From a virus (Duplodnaviria > Caudoviricetes): a stretch of 48,485 nt of DNA. The stretch covers positions 1 through 48,485 of the IMG/VR virus record IMGVR_UViG_3300032301_000901. One strand, given 5' to 3'. This document shows positions 1-9,539 of this stretch, piece after piece. A program made the translations under genes and the position numbers. Within the stretch, counting starts at the first letter, position 1. Each line of letters opens with the position of its first letter. Under the pieces are notes generated by a model. That model was not told the origin of the DNA. It was given only the letters and a program-made list of their open reading frames with translations, and did not search any database.

Positions 1-1
1 A

Positions 2-538
2 GAAATCACAGATACACTTGCCGAGAAGGATACTCGTGATATGACTAAGGCACAACTGATTAAGGGTGCTTTTAGAATGTTGACTCTTAAGTTGGGTCAG
101 GCAAATATTCCTATGATAGTCACTAATCATACCTATGAAAGTATGAGTCTTTATGGTGGTAAGCAAATGTCAGGTGGGTCTGGATTGCAATATGCATCAT
201 CTACAATCGTATACTTATCCAAGTCAAAAGAAAAGGATGGAACAGAAGTTATAGGAAATATTATTCGTGCAAAAACACAAAAATCAAGATTAAGTAAAGA
301 AAATAAGCAAGTTGAAATTCGGTTATTTTATGACGAACGCGGACTTGATAAGTATTATGGATTACTTGAGCTTGGTGAGATTGGTGGATTGTGGAAAAAT
401 GTAGCAGGACGTTATGAAATTGATGGTAAGAAACTTTATGCAAAGGAGATACTAAAAAATCCAGAGAAATACTTTACTCCAGAAGTAATGCAAGCACTTG
501 ATGAGACAGCGCGAAAAGAATTTAGTTATGGTGCATGA
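2..538 (+). CDS. uvsX: UvsX RecA-like recombinase, C-terminal part (5' end outside window)
   Basis: Frame open from base 2 (EITDTLAEKDTRDMTKAQLIKG...). Motifs IVTNHTY, SGGSGLQYASS, KSRLSKEN and GLDKYYGL are typical of T4-like UvsX; lies upstream of gp41. Confidence 0.92.
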   Translation, partial: EITDTLAEKDTRDMTKAQLIKGAFRMLTLKLGQANIPMIVTNHTYESMSLYGGKQMSGGSGLQYASSTIVYLSKSKEKDGTEVIGNIIRAKTQKSRLSKENKQVEIRLFYDERGLDKYYGLLELGEIGGLWKNVAGRYEIDGKKLYAKEILKNPEKYFTPEVMQALDETARKEFSYGA

Positions 539-1080
539 AAAATATTCGTATCATAAAAACTGGAGTTGATGTATCAAAGATACTAGAACAACTGAAACAA
601 TATCCAGAGGATTGGGGATCACAAAAAAATGTTCAAGACTCTGAACAATTAGATCCTACAGAATACACTGTAACTGTGGATGTATTGCAACTTATAATGG
701 GTGGAGTCAGCAAAGAAGGTGAGTATGTTGGAAATACTGAAATCTGCATTCAAACTCCAGCATATACTAAACATACGGAGATTCTCAATTACTTGGGAAA
801 GTATTTTAAGAAACTTCGTCGTTGTGGATTTCTGGCACTTCCTGTTGGTGAAATTGTAGGTTCTCATATTGATGAAGGTACTTATTATCTTACAAAAGAT
901 AGATATCACCTTTCCATTCAGGGGAAATACGAGTATACTGTTGGTGATGAAACGGTGATTATTGAACCAGGAACTCTCTTTTGGTTCAATAATAAACTTC
1001 CTCATAAGGCAGTGAATATTGGAGATAATGTTAGAATTACTTTTGTATTTGATGTACCGCATCATAAGAAAAACCTATAG
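535..1080 (+). CDS. 2OG-Fe(II) oxygenase, aspartyl/asparaginyl beta-hydroxylase-like
   Basis: HxD motif (GSHIDEG), RYHLSIQG, and distal His in WFNNKLPHKAVN followed by RITFVFD. Confidence 0.8.
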   Translation: MKNIRIIKTGVDVSKILEQLKQYPEDWGSQKNVQDSEQLDPTEYTVTVDVLQLIMGGVSKEGEYVGNTEICIQTPAYTKHTEILNYLGKYFKKLRRCGFLALPVGEIVGSHIDEGTYYLTKDRYHLSIQGKYEYTVGDETVIIEPGTLFWFNNKLPHKAVNIGDNVRITFVFDVPHHKKNL

Positions 1081-1088
1081 ATAAAATA

Positions 1089-1721
1089 ATGGAAAGACTT
1101 GAGCATACGATTCTCCGAAACCTTGTATATAATGAAGATTATTCCAGAAAAGTTATACCTTTTATACAACCCGAATATTTTGAGCAAAGGTCTGAAAAAA
1201 TAATCTTTGAGGAAATCGTTCAGTTTATTGTCAAATATAATTCTGCAATTACTAGAGAAGCACTTGGTATTGAGATTGAGAACAGGACTGATTTAACCGA
1301 ATCTGAAGTTAAAGATGTTCGTGAGGTATGCCAAACACTTAATGATTCTGTCGTGGAGAAGCAATGGTTGCTAGATACTACTGAAAAGTGGTGCCGTGAT
1401 CGAGCAATTTATCTTGCTTTAATGGAATCGATTCATATTGCCGATGGTAATGACGATAAGAAAAATCGGGATGCAATTCCCAGCATTCTTTCCGATGCTC
1501 TAGCGGTATCTTTTGATAATAACATCGGACACGACTACCTTCAAAATTATCAGGAGCGTTATGATTTTTATAACAGGAAGGAAGATAAAATTCCATTTGA
1601 TTTGGAATATTTTAATAAGATTACTAAAGGAGGTCTCCCTAATAAGACTCTCAATATTGCTCTTGCTGGTTGTGTTCATCCAGAAACAAAAGTTAAAATT
1701 AGGTTTAGGAAAGTTTCTTGA
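1089..1721 (+). CDS. 41: Replicative DNA helicase gp41, N-terminal fragment fused to 16-aa split-intein N-part
   Basis: T4 gp41-like N-terminus (KIPFDLEYFNKITKGGLPNKTLNIALAG). It stops just before the Walker A GKS and ends in CVHPETKVKIRFRKVS. Confidence 0.93.
   Translation: MERLEHTILRNLVYNEDYSRKVIPFIQPEYFEQRSEKIIFEEIVQFIVKYNSAITREALGIEIENRTDLTESEVKDVREVCQTLNDSVVEKQWLLDTTEKWCRDRAIYLALMESIHIADGNDDKKNRDAIPSILSDALAVSFDNNIGHDYLQNYQERYDFYNRKEDKIPFDLEYFNKITKGGLPNKTLNIALAGCVHPETKVKIRFRKVS
1671..1718 (+). mobile_element. Split intein N-fragment (IntN, 16 aa, CVHPETKVKIRFRKVS)
   Basis: Begins with Cys directly after ALAG, matches the block A pattern (C-x-x-x-x-T-x-V/I), and is followed by a stop codon. 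Confidence 0.88.
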
Positions 1722-2373
1722 TTTTTGATTTTGGTGATGGGGCCCCAGTTCCAAATTTCCAACCTTCATTTAGTTTTGTGCTAACTTCTTCTGGAAGTAT
1801 TCTTTTCCATCCTTTTGTTCCTGGTAAGTGCATTACCTTCTTACCTTTATGTGCTTTTCCTCCAAGAGATGCTCTTTCTTGTCTTCCTTCTTTAGATGCC
1901 CAATAACTAAATTCTGCAGATGCTCTTTGCTTTCCTCCAAGAGATGCTCTTTCTTTTCTGCCTTCTTCTGTGCTCCAATAATAGAAGTTTTTAGTTTTGT
2001 TGTTTAAATAATCTTGTTTTTGACTTTCTATTCCTTTTATTTGCCATTCTTTTCTTTCCTCTATTGGGGATGAGAAGAAACCAATTTGATTATCTCTACA
2101 AAACTCTCCCGTTATTTTTCTATGTTGCGAAGATAAGTTTGCTCCTAACATTTTCATAGACCTTAAATCATTTGGATTTTTATAAATTTTCCAAAGTAAA
2201 TAATGTGCTATGATATGCTCTCTTACACCCAAATAAGTGAGATTTTCTTCACTATCATCTCCTCCCATATGTTTAGGAAAAACGTGATGTTCGTGCAGTC
2301 CTGAATATTTTTTGTAGTTCTCTTTTCTTGACTTATTGCCTTCGCATAAGTTAGAATAAATTTGATTAAACAT
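1705..2373 (-). CDS. Free-standing HNH homing endonuclease between the gp41 halves (probable start MFNQIY at 2373)
   Basis: HEHHVFPKHMGGDDSEENL...EHIIAHYLL HNH motif. C-terminal repeats (WSTEEGRKERASLGGK / WASKEGRQERASLGGK). Own minus-strand TATAAATA at 2394-2401. Confidence 0.88.
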   Translation of the reverse strand: MFNQIYSNLCEGNKSRKENYKKYSGLHEHHVFPKHMGGDDSEENLTYLGVREHIIAHYLLWKIYKNPNDLRSMKMLGANLSSQHRKITGEFCRDNQIGFFSSPIEERKEWQIKGIESQKQDYLNNKTKNFYYWSTEEGRKERASLGGKQRASAEFSYWASKEGRQERASLGGKAHKGKKVMHLPGTKGWKRILPEEVSTKLNEGWKFGTGAPSPKSKIKKLS

Positions 2374-2393
2374 TTCCCTGTCCCTGCTATTAT

Positions 2394-2401
2394 TATTTAT
2401 A
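2394..2401 (-). promoter_or_regulatory. T4-type late promoter TATAAATA for the antisense HNH gene
   Basis: TATTTATA on + strand, 20 nt upstream of the ATG at 2373. Confidence 0.7.
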
Positions 2402-2405
2402 CAAA

Positions 2406-2780
2406 ATGTGGATTGAAAAAGAAACGTCAATTGCTGAAATCAAAACATTACTTGATAATGGATATGAGGTAGAAGTTGACTCGCCCGATGGATATGTTCC
2501 TGTTAATTTTTTTATTAATAAAGGAATATACGAAGAATATAAGTTATATTTGTTAGATAATACTAAAGTAAAATGTAACGAAAGTCATTTATTTGAAACT
2601 ACTGACGGATGGATTTCTGCTAAAGAAATAGAGCAATCTAATTCATATTATGAATTTATTACTAGTGATGGTATTAGAATTGGTAAGATTATTAAAACTA
2701 ATAATCAAATACCTATTGTAGATATTAATGTAAATCATCCAAATCATAGGTATTATACTAATGGGGTTTCTTCTCATAAT
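2406..2780 (+). mobile_element. Split intein C-fragment (IntC, 125 aa, ends HN; +1 nucleophile Thr)
   Basis: Block B-like CNESHLF, block F IVDINV, block G YYTNGVSSHN/T. No N-terminal Cys and no endonuclease domain. Confidence 0.9.
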
Positions 2781-3575
2781 ACTGGTGTGGGCAAAAGTCT
2801 CTTTATGTGCCATGTTGCTAGTGCCGCGTTGCTACAGGGCAGGAACGTACTCTACATCACTCTTGAAATGGCAGAAGAAAAAATTGCCGAAAGAATTGAT
2901 GCAAACTTATTAAATGTTCCGATTCAACAATTAGTGGATCTTTCTAAATCATCTTTTACAAATAAAGTAAATTCTATTGCAAAGAAAACGCAGGGTACAC
3001 TCATCATTAAGGAGTATCCAACTGCATCTGCACACTCAGGACATTTCAAGGCACTTTTGAATGAACTTACTCTTAAGAAATCATTTCGACCTGATATAAT
3101 TTTCATTGATTATCTTAATATTTGTGCTTCTAGTAGGCACAAAGCAAATGGTTCGGTTAATTCTTATTCTTATATCAAATCAATTGCGGAAGAACTTCGT
3201 GGATTGGCAGTGGAATTTAGTGTTCCAATTGTTTCCGCTACACAAACCACCAGAAGCGGTTTTGGTTCATCTGATCCAGAATTAACCGATACTAGTGAGT
3301 CTTTTGGTCTCCCTGCTACTGCTGATCTTATGTTTGCCCTTATTTCTACCGAAGAGTTAGAAGGATTGGGGCAGATTATGGTGAAGCAGTTGAAAAATAG
3401 ATATTCTTCAACTGATATATATAAGAGGTTCGTTTTGGGTATTGATAGAGCAAAGATGAGACTTTATGATGTAGAGCAATCAGCACAACAAGATATACTT
3501 GACAATGGCAAAGAAGAGGAGTATACTTATGAAGAAAACAAACCTAAAAAATCATTCGAAGGATTTAAGTTTTAA
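2406..3575 (+). CDS. 41: Split-intein C-part (125 aa) fused to gp41 helicase C-terminal fragment
   Basis: After ...YYTNGVSSHN the protein continues TGVGKSLFMCH (Walker A), YITLEMAEE, IFIDYLN, SATQTTR, SESFGLPATAD, LKNRY (DnaB-type motifs). Confidence 0.95.
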   Translation: MWIEKETSIAEIKTLLDNGYEVEVDSPDGYVPVNFFINKGIYEEYKLYLLDNTKVKCNESHLFETTDGWISAKEIEQSNSYYEFITSDGIRIGKIIKTNNQIPIVDINVNHPNHRYYTNGVSSHNTGVGKSLFMCHVASAALLQGRNVLYITLEMAEEKIAERIDANLLNVPIQQLVDLSKSSFTNKVNSIAKKTQGTLIIKEYPTASAHSGHFKALLNELTLKKSFRPDIIFIDYLNICASSRHKANGSVNSYSYIKSIAEELRGLAVEFSVPIVSATQTTRSGFGSSDPELTDTSESFGLPATADLMFALISTEELEGLGQIMVKQLKNRYSSTDIYKRFVLGIDRAKMRLYDVEQSAQQDILDNGKEEEYTYEENKPKKSFEGFKF

Positions 3576-3577
3576 AT

Positions 3578-3985
3578 ATGGCAACTATCGATTCTAAAAA
3601 ATATATTGAGTTCGTTCGTGAAACAACTAGTCCGGCAAGTAGTGAATATCCAAAACTTGTTGAACGTTTGAATGAACTGGAAGGACAAGGTGCTGATGTT
3701 CCTCGTCTTCTTACTTTTGCTCTGGGAGCTTCTGCTGAACTTGGGGAAGCAGTTGAGATTATTAAGAAGTGTATGTTGCAAGGGAAACCTTTTGATGATG
3801 ATGCTAAGGTCCATTTGCTTAGGGAATGTTCGGATTGTTTCTGGTATTTTGCGCAACTGTGTATTGCTATGGATACTTCCTTTGAAGAAATTATGCAAAT
3901 TAATTACGATAAATTATCAGCAAGATATCCTGAGGGAACTTTTAGCGTATATCGCTCAGAAAACCGTGTTCAGGGTGATTTGTAA
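3578..3985 (+). CDS. mazG: MazG-like nucleotide pyrophosphohydrolase
   Basis: LGASAELGEAVEIIKK...RECSDCFWY...NYDKLSARYPEG; usual cyanophage position after gp41. Confidence 0.85.
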   Translation: MATIDSKKYIEFVRETTSPASSEYPKLVERLNELEGQGADVPRLLTFALGASAELGEAVEIIKKCMLQGKPFDDDAKVHLLRECSDCFWYFAQLCIAMDTSFEEIMQINYDKLSARYPEGTFSVYRSENRVQGDL

Positions 3986-4002
3986 TAAATATTTCAAAAA
4001 AT

Positions 4003-4404
4003 ATGTCTATTCTTGGAAAAAGAACGGGAAGACCAATAAGTAGAATTCAATTTAATTCAATTCTCAAAAAATTTATAGTTTTCTTAAAAAGAGAATTGAG
4101 TTTGACTATTGATATTCCTTATATTCTCATTGATGATCCCGATTTTTCAAAGAAAAATAGAGCATTTGGTATGATGAATAGTGATGGCATTGTTTACATT
4201 AGTATTATTAATCGCCATCCATTAGACATCTTAAGAACCGTTGCTCATGAGTATGTTCATTACAAACAATCTATTAAACGTGTTGCAATGAACCCAAATC
4301 CTGGCAGTCCTTCAGAAAATGAAGCAAATGCAAAAGCGGGAGAAATTATAAGGAAGTATGGGAAACTTCATCCAGAATTATTTGATCTAATATCCATTAG
4401 GTGA
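4003..4404 (+). CDS. Hypothetical protein with HExxH zincin-like motif
   Basis: DILRTVAHEYVH followed by ENEANAKAG. Confidence 0.65.
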   Translation: MSILGKRTGRPISRIQFNSILKKFIVFLKRELSLTIDIPYILIDDPDFSKKNRAFGMMNSDGIVYISIINRHPLDILRTVAHEYVHYKQSIKRVAMNPNPGSPSENEANAKAGEIIRKYGKLHPELFDLISIR

Positions 4405-4413
4405 AATACAAAT

Positions 4414-4472
4414 TGTGCCACTTTGAGAACTGGTACAAGACCTATTCCAATCAGCACCTGGTGCCGTATGAT
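4414..4472 (+). promoter_or_regulatory. Palindromic TGTGCCA-N10-TGGTACA element plus -10 box (TATGAT); candidate early promoter
   Basis: Imperfect inverted repeat at 4414-4437 and -10 at 4467-4472. The same architecture recurs at 24729 and 27776. Confidence 0.55.
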
Positions 4473-4494
4473 TGATTCATACCAAACGAAACCG

Positions 4495-5385
4495 ATGACC
4501 AAAAATCTTCACCTTGAGCATCCTGAAGACTCTACCCTGACTGGGAATCTGGAAGTATTAGATTGGTTTGTAACTCCTGGTCATCTTTCTACAAAAATTG
4601 ATGGAAGTCCTGCCATTGTTTTTGGTACAAATCCAGCAAACGGAAAATGGTGCGTCTGCACAAAAAGTGCATTTAACAAAGTAAAAATCAAACTCTGCCA
4701 CTCTCATGAAGAAATTGATACGCACTTTCAAGGTAAGGTTGCAGACATTCTTCATGCTTGCTTTGATCATTTGCCTCGTACTGAAACTATCTATCAAATG
4801 GATTTTCTGGGTTTCGGTGGATCTAATGAGTACACCCCCAACACTATCACTTATCAATTCCCCGAAGTAGTAGAACAAAATATCATTCTTTGTCCACACA
4901 CCTGCTATTATGCCGAAAATCATCTTCGTGATGCTGTAGCAATGCCTGATCGATCAATTTGGGAGGATACTTTTAATGTCAAGTTTGTGCAGCCTCAAGC
5001 ATACATTCTGCACCGTCAAGATTCATTCTATGATGTTGAGGAGATCTGTAAGTTTGCCCGTCAGATGGCACAAACTGCCATCTTCGTTCGTGGTAAACAA
5101 CTGGCAGAATTGAAGAAATCAATAAATGCTTATATTCGTGAGGATCGTGACATTCAAGATGATGCCTTTGATTGTGATGTAAATCTCATTCGTTTGTGGA
5201 AACTTGTCAAGTCAATTAAAGAAGACTGCCTGTTTCTGTGCCGGAACAATGGTCCAGAGGCATATATTGGGAGCGATCAAATTGATGCCGAAGGTTATGT
5301 GATGACCAATGACTTCGGTATGTTTAAGTTGGTCAACCGCGAGGTGTTCTCTCATGCCAATTTTACAATACAAAAGAACTGGTAG
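4495..5385 (+). CDS. Conserved T4-like cyanophage protein with KxDG motif (DUF6267-like)
   Basis: MTKNLHLEHPED...KIDGSPAIVFG...EGYV...KLVNREVFSHANF. Probable start is the ATG at 4495 rather than the TTG at 4423. Confidence 0.65.
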   Translation: MTKNLHLEHPEDSTLTGNLEVLDWFVTPGHLSTKIDGSPAIVFGTNPANGKWCVCTKSAFNKVKIKLCHSHEEIDTHFQGKVADILHACFDHLPRTETIYQMDFLGFGGSNEYTPNTITYQFPEVVEQNIILCPHTCYYAENHLRDAVAMPDRSIWEDTFNVKFVQPQAYILHRQDSFYDVEEICKFARQMAQTAIFVRGKQLAELKKSINAYIREDRDIQDDAFDCDVNLIRLWKLVKSIKEDCLFLCRNNGPEAYIGSDQIDAEGYVMTNDFGMFKLVNREVFSHANFTIQKNW

Positions 5386-5448
5386 TCATAAATATAAGTA
5401 TATTCTATTGTTTATGAGTATTTTGAATACGAAAAATTGGAATAGGAA

Positions 5449-6798
5449 ATGAAAAGTTTTTCGAAATTTATAACCGAAGCAACCAGCAGAGCAGTTCAAC
5501 AGGCGACTCGTATGGGTCTTGTCACGGATGGGCATGGTGGGTGGTATAATAGAGCGACAGGAGAATTTACTGCCAAAACCTCTCAGGGAGAATTGAAGTT
5601 CTATAATAAGCGCCAAATAATTGGTGGAAAGGATCCTACCCAAACTGAACAGGAGAAGAATCTTTCTCAATCATCTTATGCACAATCTGTCCCTCAACCA
5701 GCACCACAACAAGCACTACAAGAACCAGTTCCACAAGAACAAGTTCCAGTAGATCCGCAACAAGTTCAGGAACCAGTTGCACAAGAACCATTTACTTTAC
5801 CACCAGTTGAAAAAACTTTGGGAACTTTAACGATTGCTTTTGGGCGTTTCAATCCTCCTACGATTGGACATCTTCAATTGATGGACACTGCGGCCGCTTC
5901 TGCGGAGCAAGATCAGAGTGATTACATCATCGTCCCCTCTCGTACTCAGGATGCAAAGAAAAATCCTCTTGATGCGGATACGAAGATCTCATATATGAGA
6001 AGAATGTTCCCTCAGCACAGTGAGAGAATATACAATGATGCAAATATGAGAACCATTTTTGATGTGCTCAAAAAGGCACATAATGATGGATATTCTGCCG
6101 TAAGAATTGTTGGTGGTTCTGATCGAGTCAAAGAGTTTGATAAACTAGCAAATAATTATAATGGAAATCTATATCAATTTGATAATATTGAAGTAATTTC
6201 TTCTGGTGATAGAGATCCTGATGGTAAGGGTATTGAAGGAGTATCTGCTTCAAGAATGAGACTTGCCGCCGCAGAAGGTGACTTTAAAACTTTTCGTGGT
6301 GGACTACCTCCGGAAGTTGCTAGAAAGGAAGCAATGGAACTCTTTAGTGTACTTCGCCAATCTATGGGAATTGAAGAAGTTCAGCAAGAAGAAATAAATG
6401 TTTGGGAAGTTGCTCCTAAATTTGATGCTCATACATTGCGTGAAAATTATATTTCAGAGAAAATTTTTAATATTGGTCAATTGGTGGAAAATCTGAATAC
6501 TGGTATTATTGGAAGAATTATTCGAAGAGGTACTAATTACTTGATTTATGTGACCGAAGGTGGAATGATGTTTAAATCTTGGATTAAAGATTTGATGGAA
6601 ACAAAGAAATATACTGAAGTTAAAATGGATAGTGAAATGAGAGAACCAGGAAAACCAAATACATTAGTGGGAACTCTCGGTGCATTTAAGCATTATGCAA
6701 GTAAAACTCCTGGAGCAGTTGGCACTGGTGCAGAGAACTTACATCCAGGTGGAAATGCTTATGGAATTAATTTCATAAATAAGTATAGAAAAAAGTAA
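5449..6798 (+). CDS. Cytidylyltransferase-family (HxGH-type nucleotidyltransferase) protein
   Basis: FGRFNPPTIGH, KKNPL, VGGSDRV, SASRMR motifs; Pro/Gln-rich linker. Confidence 0.85.
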   Translation: MKSFSKFITEATSRAVQQATRMGLVTDGHGGWYNRATGEFTAKTSQGELKFYNKRQIIGGKDPTQTEQEKNLSQSSYAQSVPQPAPQQALQEPVPQEQVPVDPQQVQEPVAQEPFTLPPVEKTLGTLTIAFGRFNPPTIGHLQLMDTAAASAEQDQSDYIIVPSRTQDAKKNPLDADTKISYMRRMFPQHSERIYNDANMRTIFDVLKKAHNDGYSAVRIVGGSDRVKEFDKLANNYNGNLYQFDNIEVISSGDRDPDGKGIEGVSASRMRLAAAEGDFKTFRGGLPPEVARKEAMELFSVLRQSMGIEEVQQEEINVWEVAPKFDAHTLRENYISEKIFNIGQLVENLNTGIIGRIIRRGTNYLIYVTEGGMMFKSWIKDLMETKKYTEVKMDSEMREPGKPNTLVGTLGAFKHYASKTPGAVGTGAENLHPGGNAYGINFINKYRKK

Positions 6799-6813
6799 GT
6801 ATTAGATCTTCCA

Positions 6814-8154
6814 ATGACTACTAAAATTTTTGAGGAACTTCCTTCCAGAGATAATAGACCTTCACCAGCAGGCGGACAAGGACCTACTGGCATAAAGGAA
6901 AAGATGGAGAAAAAAGTTCGTCAGGCAGTTTACGATATTCGCTATCGTGCAAGAAGAGAGGGCGTAGATATCAAACAAGCATATTCGCAATATATGCAAA
7001 ATAGTAGTCTAAATGGTCAGGAAAGAAATATGGTAAAGGCAAAGATTTTTGGTACTGGAATGAGAGAAGATTATAATATTGGAGAATTTGCTTCGAGTTC
7101 AGTTGCAAATGCCCTTTTTAAAGTTTTTGTTGAAGGCTTAGAAGAAGGATCTACTCTTGGCGAGGAATATCTTCAAGAACTTAGAAATGGGTCTGATAGA
7201 AAGTATAAAGTAAGAGTAACTGATAAAAACGGAACTTCTTATGTTCGTTATGCAACTCGTGATAAGATTAGTGATCTTCGTGCTAATCCAAATATTGAGT
7301 CAGTTGAAATGACCGAGTATGGTCAACCTTATGAAGGTGAAAGAACCAAAGGAGATAGAACCGCCGCCGCTAAGGCAGGTAAGGATTATGATGGCGATGG
7401 TAAAGTTGAATCTGGTGCTAAGGAACATGCTGGCGCAGTTCATAATGCAATCCAACGCAAGACCGGTGGAACTCCTGACGGTAAGGACACTTCCAGTGTA
7501 AAAGAAGATTTTGATTTTATTGAAGAAGGGAAGAAGAATAAAAAAAAAGATAGGAAATTTGAAGTACTGCGTGGAAAAAAGAATGAAGTAAAACTTTTTC
7601 CAGAAACCAGTAAAGTTCATGAGGAATTAGTTGCAGAAACTTCATATTCTAAGTTTCTTAATATGATTCACGAAAAAACTTTGACTAGTGCTGAAACTGC
7701 AAAGAAAGAGGAAATTGTAAAGGCATTAAAACCGGAATATGGAAAAACATCTAAAACTTATGCTATTGCAACATCGGTAGCAAAAAAAGTTGCAGAAGAA
7801 ACCTCATGTGATTCCTCAGAACCTCAAAGAGATCCTAGAGGTGATTATGCAAAAATTAATCTTATCAAAAACAAACTGAGATCTGGATTGGGCGTTAAGA
7901 ATCCTATCGTAATGGTTTCTGATGAAGAAGATGTCAAAGAAGGTGCTGGATTGAGTGTTGGAATTTCCAATCTTGTCGGACGACTTAATGCAAATCCAAG
8001 AACATCTGCTGAACAAGGTGCAAAGGATTTTCAAAAGAATGTTGCAGACCCAGTTGGTAAGGTGGTAAAAGATACTGCACGTACAGTTCTTCAACCTGCT
8101 AATATGTCACCAGAATCCCAAAAGGCAAGAAAAGATAAGTACAAACCCCAATAG
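6814..8154 (+). CDS. Hypothetical protein, probably virion-associated
   Basis: 446-aa ORF, charged and low-complexity, with a DYDGDG motif; CATAAATA upstream. Confidence 0.6.
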   Translation: MTTKIFEELPSRDNRPSPAGGQGPTGIKEKMEKKVRQAVYDIRYRARREGVDIKQAYSQYMQNSSLNGQERNMVKAKIFGTGMREDYNIGEFASSSVANALFKVFVEGLEEGSTLGEEYLQELRNGSDRKYKVRVTDKNGTSYVRYATRDKISDLRANPNIESVEMTEYGQPYEGERTKGDRTAAAKAGKDYDGDGKVESGAKEHAGAVHNAIQRKTGGTPDGKDTSSVKEDFDFIEEGKKNKKKDRKFEVLRGKKNEVKLFPETSKVHEELVAETSYSKFLNMIHEKTLTSAETAKKEEIVKALKPEYGKTSKTYAIATSVAKKVAEETSCDSSEPQRDPRGDYAKINLIKNKLRSGLGVKNPIVMVSDEEDVKEGAGLSVGISNLVGRLNANPRTSAEQGAKDFQKNVADPVGKVVKDTARTVLQPANMSPESQKARKDKYKPQ

Positions 8155-8230
8155 TTTTAATATTAAGATAAACCTATCTTAATAGTAGATTTTGAATAAA
8201 TAATCTAGGTTTAATTCATACGAGGTCATT

Positions 8231-8416
8231 ATGTCAATCGCAGCAATCATCGCTTGGATGACAGCAAATCAAGCACTTATCGCAACTGTACTTTTTGCAG
8301 TTTCTGAAGCACTTGGTGCAAATCCAAAAGTCAAGGCAAACGGTATTCTTTCACTCATCCTTATTCAGGCACAAAATGCTCTGAAAGCAAAGGGTGCAAA
8401 AGATATTACTCCCTGA
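8231..8416 (+). CDS. Small hydrophobic protein
   Basis: GAGG RBS upstream; 61 aa, Ala/Leu/Ile-rich; followed by a terminator-like hairpin. Confidence 0.6.
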   Translation: MSIAAIIAWMTANQALIATVLFAVSEALGANPKVKANGILSLILIQAQNALKAKGAKDITP

Positions 8417-8507
8417 GTTTTTATTTAAATATTATAAGAGGGAGTCCTAATTGAAGGTCTCCTTTTTTTTATAAATATTACTAGAAAAAGAATTATAGGT
8501 AAAGCAC

Positions 8508-9536
8508 ATGGCTCTTTGGGGCATTTCAACAGCATCTGAAACTGCGGCAAATAATTACGCAATTCCAAAATTTCAAAAGGAAGTGGACCGTAATAGAAGT
8601 CCTTGGAATACTTTCGCAGATGTACGTGGTTGGATTCAGAGAAGATATAAAACTAAAGAAAATTCAGGAATTTCTACTCGTTATTTTGATGAAATTTTAG
8701 TTCCTGTTACTGGAATTAACAGTACTGCTAATATTGGCGGAACTCCTGGTATTGGAACTGCTGGACCAGTTGCAGTGTTCTTTGAAGATCCAAACCAAGC
8801 ATCACCAATTACTGTTGGTGGTGGAGCAACTACTGGTATTGCTACAAATACTACTGGTTATGTTCATGTTGTGTTCAATGAACTTGTATTTGCTGGTGCT
8901 GGAGCAACGGTTCGTATTCGCACATTTGATGCAAACGATGCTAACGAATCAACTGCAATTGTTGGAACTGCAGCATCAAACACTGGTACTCAGTATGCTT
9001 GGGCAGGACCTGCTACAAATCATGGATCACCAAATGTATATACAAACTTCAACGGTCAGATTACAAATAGAGTAGCGTTTGCATTCACTTCACCAAGTAC
9101 TGTTCTGGCTGCAAATGTTAATTTCCTAACTACACAAACAACCGCTGGGCAAACAGTTGGTGCTGCTGGAACAAACATTTGGGTTGATTCTGTAACAGGA
9201 GTTTCTATTGGAAGTTCTATTCGTGTTGGTTCAGCAATCACTAATGTTCCTGTAGTTTCTGTTGGTAATACTTTTGTTCAAATTGCATCTGCAAATGCAT
9301 TTAGTGGAACAATTTCTGCTGGAACTGCGGTTACATTTAGCACAAGAACCAATGCAACAAAACTGAAAATTGATATGAGTAAGGGATTTGTCGGTGTAAT
9401 TACCGATGGTTCAAATGGTGTTGGTGTAATTAGTTCGTTCACATCACAATTTGGAGACGTTCTTCTTCGTAATGTTGGTGGTGCAGGAACTACCGCAACA
9501 GTTGGTCTTGGAACTACTACATTAACAGTTAGATAA
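8508..9536 (+). CDS. Putative virion structural protein (Gly/Thr/Val-rich)
   Basis: MALWG start, late promoter TATAAATA at 8470-8477, beta-rich composition. Confidence 0.65.
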   Translation: MALWGISTASETAANNYAIPKFQKEVDRNRSPWNTFADVRGWIQRRYKTKENSGISTRYFDEILVPVTGINSTANIGGTPGIGTAGPVAVFFEDPNQASPITVGGGATTGIATNTTGYVHVVFNELVFAGAGATVRIRTFDANDANESTAIVGTAASNTGTQYAWAGPATNHGSPNVYTNFNGQITNRVAFAFTSPSTVLAANVNFLTTQTTAGQTVGAAGTNIWVDSVTGVSIGSSIRVGSAITNVPVVSVGNTFVQIASANAFSGTISAGTAVTFSTRTNATKLKIDMSKGFVGVITDGSNGVGVISSFTSQFGDVLLRNVGGAGTTATVGLGTTTLTVR

Positions 9537-9539
9537 TAT

